DNA of 5,343 bases from a virus. Taxonomy: Duplodnaviria > Heunggongvirae > Uroviricota > Caudoviricetes. The stretch's first letter is position 1; the number at the start of each line of letters is the position of its first letter. Location of the stretch: the IMG/VR virus record IMGVR_UViG_3300023543_000090, one strand, 5' to 3'. Below the pieces are notes generated by a model. It did no database searches. It was not told the origin of the DNA and was given only the letters and a program-made list of their open reading frames with translations. Shown here one piece after another: positions 1-5,343 of the stretch. A program made the position numbers and the translations under genes.

Positions 1-480
1 AGTACGCGCCCCACGCTGACGGTTTCTAACCTGTACGGTATGGTCACCGGGATGGTGGAAGATCTGCAGAGTCTGGTCGGCGGAACGGTGGTCAGGCGTA
101 AGGTTTACGCCCGTTTTCTGGATGCGGTGAATTTCGTCAACGGAAACAGTGATGCCGATCCGGAGCAGGAGGTGATCAGCCGCTGGCGCGTCGAGCAGTG
201 CAGCGAACTGAGCGCGGTCAGTGCCTCCTTTGTGTTGTCCACGCCGACGGAAACGGATGGTGCTGTTTTTCCGGGGCGCATCATGCTGGCCAACACCTGC
301 ACCTGGACCTATCGCGGTGATGAGTGCGGTTATAGCGGTCCGGCGGTCGCGGATGAATATGACCAGCCGACGTCCGATATCACGAAGGATAAATGCAGCA
401 AATGCCTGAGTGGCTGTAAGTTCCGCAATAACGTCGGCAACTTTGGCGGCTTCCTTTCCATTAACAAACTTTCGCAGTAA
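1..480 (+). CDS. L: Tail tip assembly protein L (gpL family), 5'-truncated by the window edge; C-terminal ~160 aa present
   Basis: Frame 1 is open from position 1 (STRPTLTVSNLYGMVTGM...) to TAA at 478..480. The translation ends ...NVGNFGGFLSINKLSQ, which I recognise as the C-terminus of lambda gpL. Six Cys residues lie in the C-terminal part (codons at 199..201, 298..300, 325..327, 394..396, 403..405, 415..417). It sits directly upstream of K with a 4-nt gap. Confidence 0.9.
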   Translation, partial: STRPTLTVSNLYGMVTGMVEDLQSLVGGTVVRRKVYARFLDAVNFVNGNSDADPEQEVISRWRVEQCSELSAVSASFVLSTPTETDGAVFPGRIMLANTCTWTYRGDECGYSGPAVADEYDQPTSDITKDKCSKCLSGCKFRNNVGNFGGFLSINKLSQ

Positions 481-484
481 TCCC

Positions 485-1228
485 ATGACAGAGACAGAAT
501 CAGCGATTCTGGCGCACGCCCGGCGATGTGCGCCAGCGGAGTCGTGCGGCTTCGTGGTGAGAACACCGGAGGGGGAAAGATATTTTCCCTGCGTGAATAT
601 CTCCGGTGAGCCGGAGGCGTATTTCCGGATGGCTCCGGAGGACTGGCTGCGGGCAGAAATGCAGGGTGAGATTGTGGCGCTGGTCCACAGTCATCCCGGT
701 GGTCTGCCCTGGCTGAGTGAGGCCGACCGGCGGCTGCAGGTGCAGAGTGATTTGCCGTGGTGGCTGGTCTGCCGGGGGGCGATTCATAAGTTCCGCTGTG
801 TGCCGCATCTCACCGGGCGGCGCTTTGAGCACGGGGTGACGGACTGTTACACGCTGTTCCGGGACGCTTACCATCTGGCGGGGATTGAGATGCCGGACTT
901 TTATCGTGAGGATGACTGGTGGCGTAACGGCCAGAATCTCTATCTTGATAATCTGGAGGCCACAGGGCTGTATCAGGTGCCGTTGTCAGCGGCGCAGCCG
1001 GGCGATGTGCTGCTGTGCTGCTTTGGTTCATCGGTGCCGAATCATGCCGCCATTTACTGTGGTGACGGCGAGCTGCTGCACCATATTCCTGAACAACTGA
1101 GCAAACGAGAGAGGTACACCGACAAATGGCAGCGACGCACACACTCCCTCTGGCGTCACCGGGCATGGCACGCATCTGCCTTTACGGGGATTTACAACGA
1201 TTTGGCCGCCGCATCGACCTTCGTGTGA
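485..1228 (+). CDS. K: Tail tip assembly protein K: N-terminal JAB/MPN (JAMM-type) domain plus C-terminal NlpC/P60-type cysteine peptidase domain. The start is ambiguous: 485 (MTETES..., 247 aa) or 629 (MAPEDW..., 199 aa, the classical lambda annotation)
   Basis: ORF in frame 2 ends at TGA 1226..1228. A JAMM-like motif HSHPGGLPWLSEAD (H-x-H-x7-S-x2-D) is encoded at 686..727. NlpC/P60-like residues are present: Cys in GVTDCYTLF (codon 845..847), His in PNHAAIY (1043..1045), and HH at 1079..1084. ATG 485 lies 4 nt after the L stop with no clear SD, suggesting translational coupling. ATG 629 has GGAGG at 613..617. Confidence 0.85.
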   Translation: MTETESAILAHARRCAPAESCGFVVRTPEGERYFPCVNISGEPEAYFRMAPEDWLRAEMQGEIVALVHSHPGGLPWLSEADRRLQVQSDLPWWLVCRGAIHKFRCVPHLTGRRFEHGVTDCYTLFRDAYHLAGIEMPDFYREDDWWRNGQNLYLDNLEATGLYQVPLSAAQPGDVLLCCFGSSVPNHAAIYCGDGELLHHIPEQLSKRERYTDKWQRRTHSLWRHRAWHASAFTGIYNDLAAASTFV

Positions 1229-1797
1229 AAACGGGGGCTGAAGCCATCCGCGCACTGGCCACACAGCTCCCGGCGTTTCGTCAGAAACTGAGCGACGGCT
1301 GGTATCAGGTACGGATTGCCGGGCGGGATGTCAGCACGTCCGGATTAACGGCGCAGTTACATGAGGCTCTGCCTGATGGCGCTGTGATTCATATTGTTCC
1401 CAGAGTCGCCGGGGCCAAGCCCGGAGGTGTATTCCAGATTGTCCTGGGAGCAGCCGCCATTGCCGGATCATTCTTTACCGCCGGAGCCACCCTTGCAGCA
1501 TGGGGAGCAGCCATTGGGGCCGGTGGTATGACCGGCATCCTGTTTTCTCTCGGTGCCAGTATGGTGCTCGGTGGTGTGGCGCAGATGCTGGCACCGAAAG
1601 CCCGGACGCCCACAGCGACCAGCACGGATAACGGTAAGCAGAACACCTATTTCTCCTCACTGGATAACATGGTTGCCCAGGGCAATGTTCTGCCCGTTCT
1701 GTACGGTGAAATGCGCGTGGGGTCACGTGTGGCATCTCAGGAAATCAGTACAGCTGATGAAGGTGATGGTGGTGAAATCGTGGTGATTGGTCGCTGA
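1126..1797 (+). CDS. I: Tail tip assembly protein I (gpI family; ubiquitin-like N-terminal region, Gly/Ala-rich hydrophobic C-terminal segment)
   Basis: 223-aa ORF in frame 1, ATG 1126 to TGA 1795..1797, beginning MAATHTLPLASPGMARICLYGDLQRFGRR..., which matches lambda gpI from memory. GAGG at 1111..1114 is a possible SD. It overlaps the 3' end of K by 103 nt in a different frame, as in lambda. Confidence 0.85.
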   Translation: MAATHTLPLASPGMARICLYGDLQRFGRRIDLRVKTGAEAIRALATQLPAFRQKLSDGWYQVRIAGRDVSTSGLTAQLHEALPDGAVIHIVPRVAGAKPGGVFQIVLGAAAIAGSFFTAGATLAAWGAAIGAGGMTGILFSLGASMVLGGVAQMLAPKARTPTATSTDNGKQNTYFSSLDNMVAQGNVLPVLYGEMRVGSRVASQEISTADEGDGGEIVVIGR

Positions 1798-1815
1798 TGG
1801 AACATGTTTTATGTG

Positions 1816-1843
1816 AAACCGCCTGCGGGCGGTTTTGTCGTTT
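1816..1843 (+). other. Stem-loop with a trailing T-rich tract in the I-J intergenic region (terminator-like or mRNA structural element)
   Basis: AAACCGCC (1816..1823) pairs with GGCGGTTT (1828..1835) around a TGCG loop (5 G:C plus 3 A:T pairs), followed by TTTTGTCGTTT. It lies inside the 60-nt gap between the I stop and the J start, ending just upstream of the J SD. Confidence 0.3.
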
Positions 1844-1845
1844 AT

Positions 1846-1849
1846 GGAG
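1846..1849 (+). promoter_or_regulatory. Shine-Dalgarno for J
   Basis: GGAG with an 8-nt spacer to ATG 1858. Confidence 0.5.
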
Positions 1850-1854
1850 CATGA

Positions 1855-5256
<3,402 letters not shown>

Positions 5257-5274
5257 ATTTTATAACCCAGAACG

Positions 5275-5298
5275 GGCGTCAGAAATGACGCCTTTTTT
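5275..5298 (+). terminator. Rho-independent terminator downstream of J (tJ-like)
   Basis: Perfect 7-bp stem GGCGTCA (5275..5281) / TGACGCC (5286..5292) with a GAAA tetraloop (5282..5285), followed directly by T6 (5293..5298). It starts 19 nt after the J stop. Confidence 0.7.
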
Positions 5299-5322
5299 AT
5301 TGCAGAAAAGCGAGAGGTAATT

Positions 5323-5343
5323 ATGCGTAAACTTTATGCCGCC
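5323..5343 (+). CDS. lom: Probable 5' end of a lom-like outer-membrane protein gene (Ail/Lom family); only 7 codons fall in the window
   Basis: ATG at 5323 followed by codons for MRKLYAA, which matches the start of the lambda Lom signal peptide as I remember it. GAGG at 5314..5317 is 5 nt upstream. It lies immediately downstream of the J terminator, as in lambda. The stretch is far too short to confirm by itself. Confidence 0.4.

Noticed and set aside
410-484. In-frame upstream ATG at 410 that would extend K by 25 codons into the 3' end of L
   Set aside because: The extension (MAVSSAITSATLAASFPLTNFRSNP) overlaps the conserved L C-terminus in another frame. ATG 485 immediately after the L stop gives the expected coupled arrangement.
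1126-1228. Possible programmed -1 frameshift producing a K-I fusion across the overlap
   Set aside because: I found no canonical X-XXY-YYZ slippery heptamer in the K frame within the overlap, and I has its own ATG with an upstream GAGG. Independent initiation is the simpler explanation.
105-1786. Short ORFs nested in or antisense to L, K and I (105..302 -, 221..409 +, 330..566 -, 500..874 -, 810..1175 -, 885..1100 +, 1028..1264 -, 1389..1646 -, 1475..1735 -, 1553..1786 +)
   Set aside because: All are fully contained in or overlap confidently assigned genes, have Arg/Cys/Pro/Trp-rich low-complexity translations, and lack start context. They are consistent with chance ORFs in GC-rich DNA.
5261-5266. 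TATAAC hexamer between the J stop and the terminator as a possible -10 for lom
   Set aside because: No acceptable -35 at 16-18 nt spacing upstream, and a transcript starting here would run straight into the terminator at 5275..5298. A lom promoter, if present, is more likely elsewhere.

Overview
The window is a single-strand (+) run of lambdoid phage tail-tip genes, in the order known from phage lambda: the 3' part of L (1..480), K (485..1228), I (1126..1797, overlapping K out of frame), J (1858..5256, 1132 aa central tail fibre / host-specificity protein), a rho-independent terminator (5275..5298), and the first seven codons of what looks like lom (5323..5343). Gene spacing and lengths (I = 223 aa, J = 1132 aa, 60-bp I-J gap) match the lambda layout as I recall it. 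I see no tRNA, rRNA, CRISPR array, IS element or integrase. I do not see evidence for a previously undescribed system here: the window is well explained as a canonical lambda-like tail-tip cassette, probably from a phage or prophage in an enterobacterial genome. Points worth a second look are the likely under-called start of K, the long K/I overlap, a terminator-like hairpin between I and J, the AT-rich mosaic 3' third of J that carries the receptor-specificity region, and the terminator-bounded start of a lom-like gene. All identifications are from reading the translations and from memory of the lambda proteins; no database search was run.
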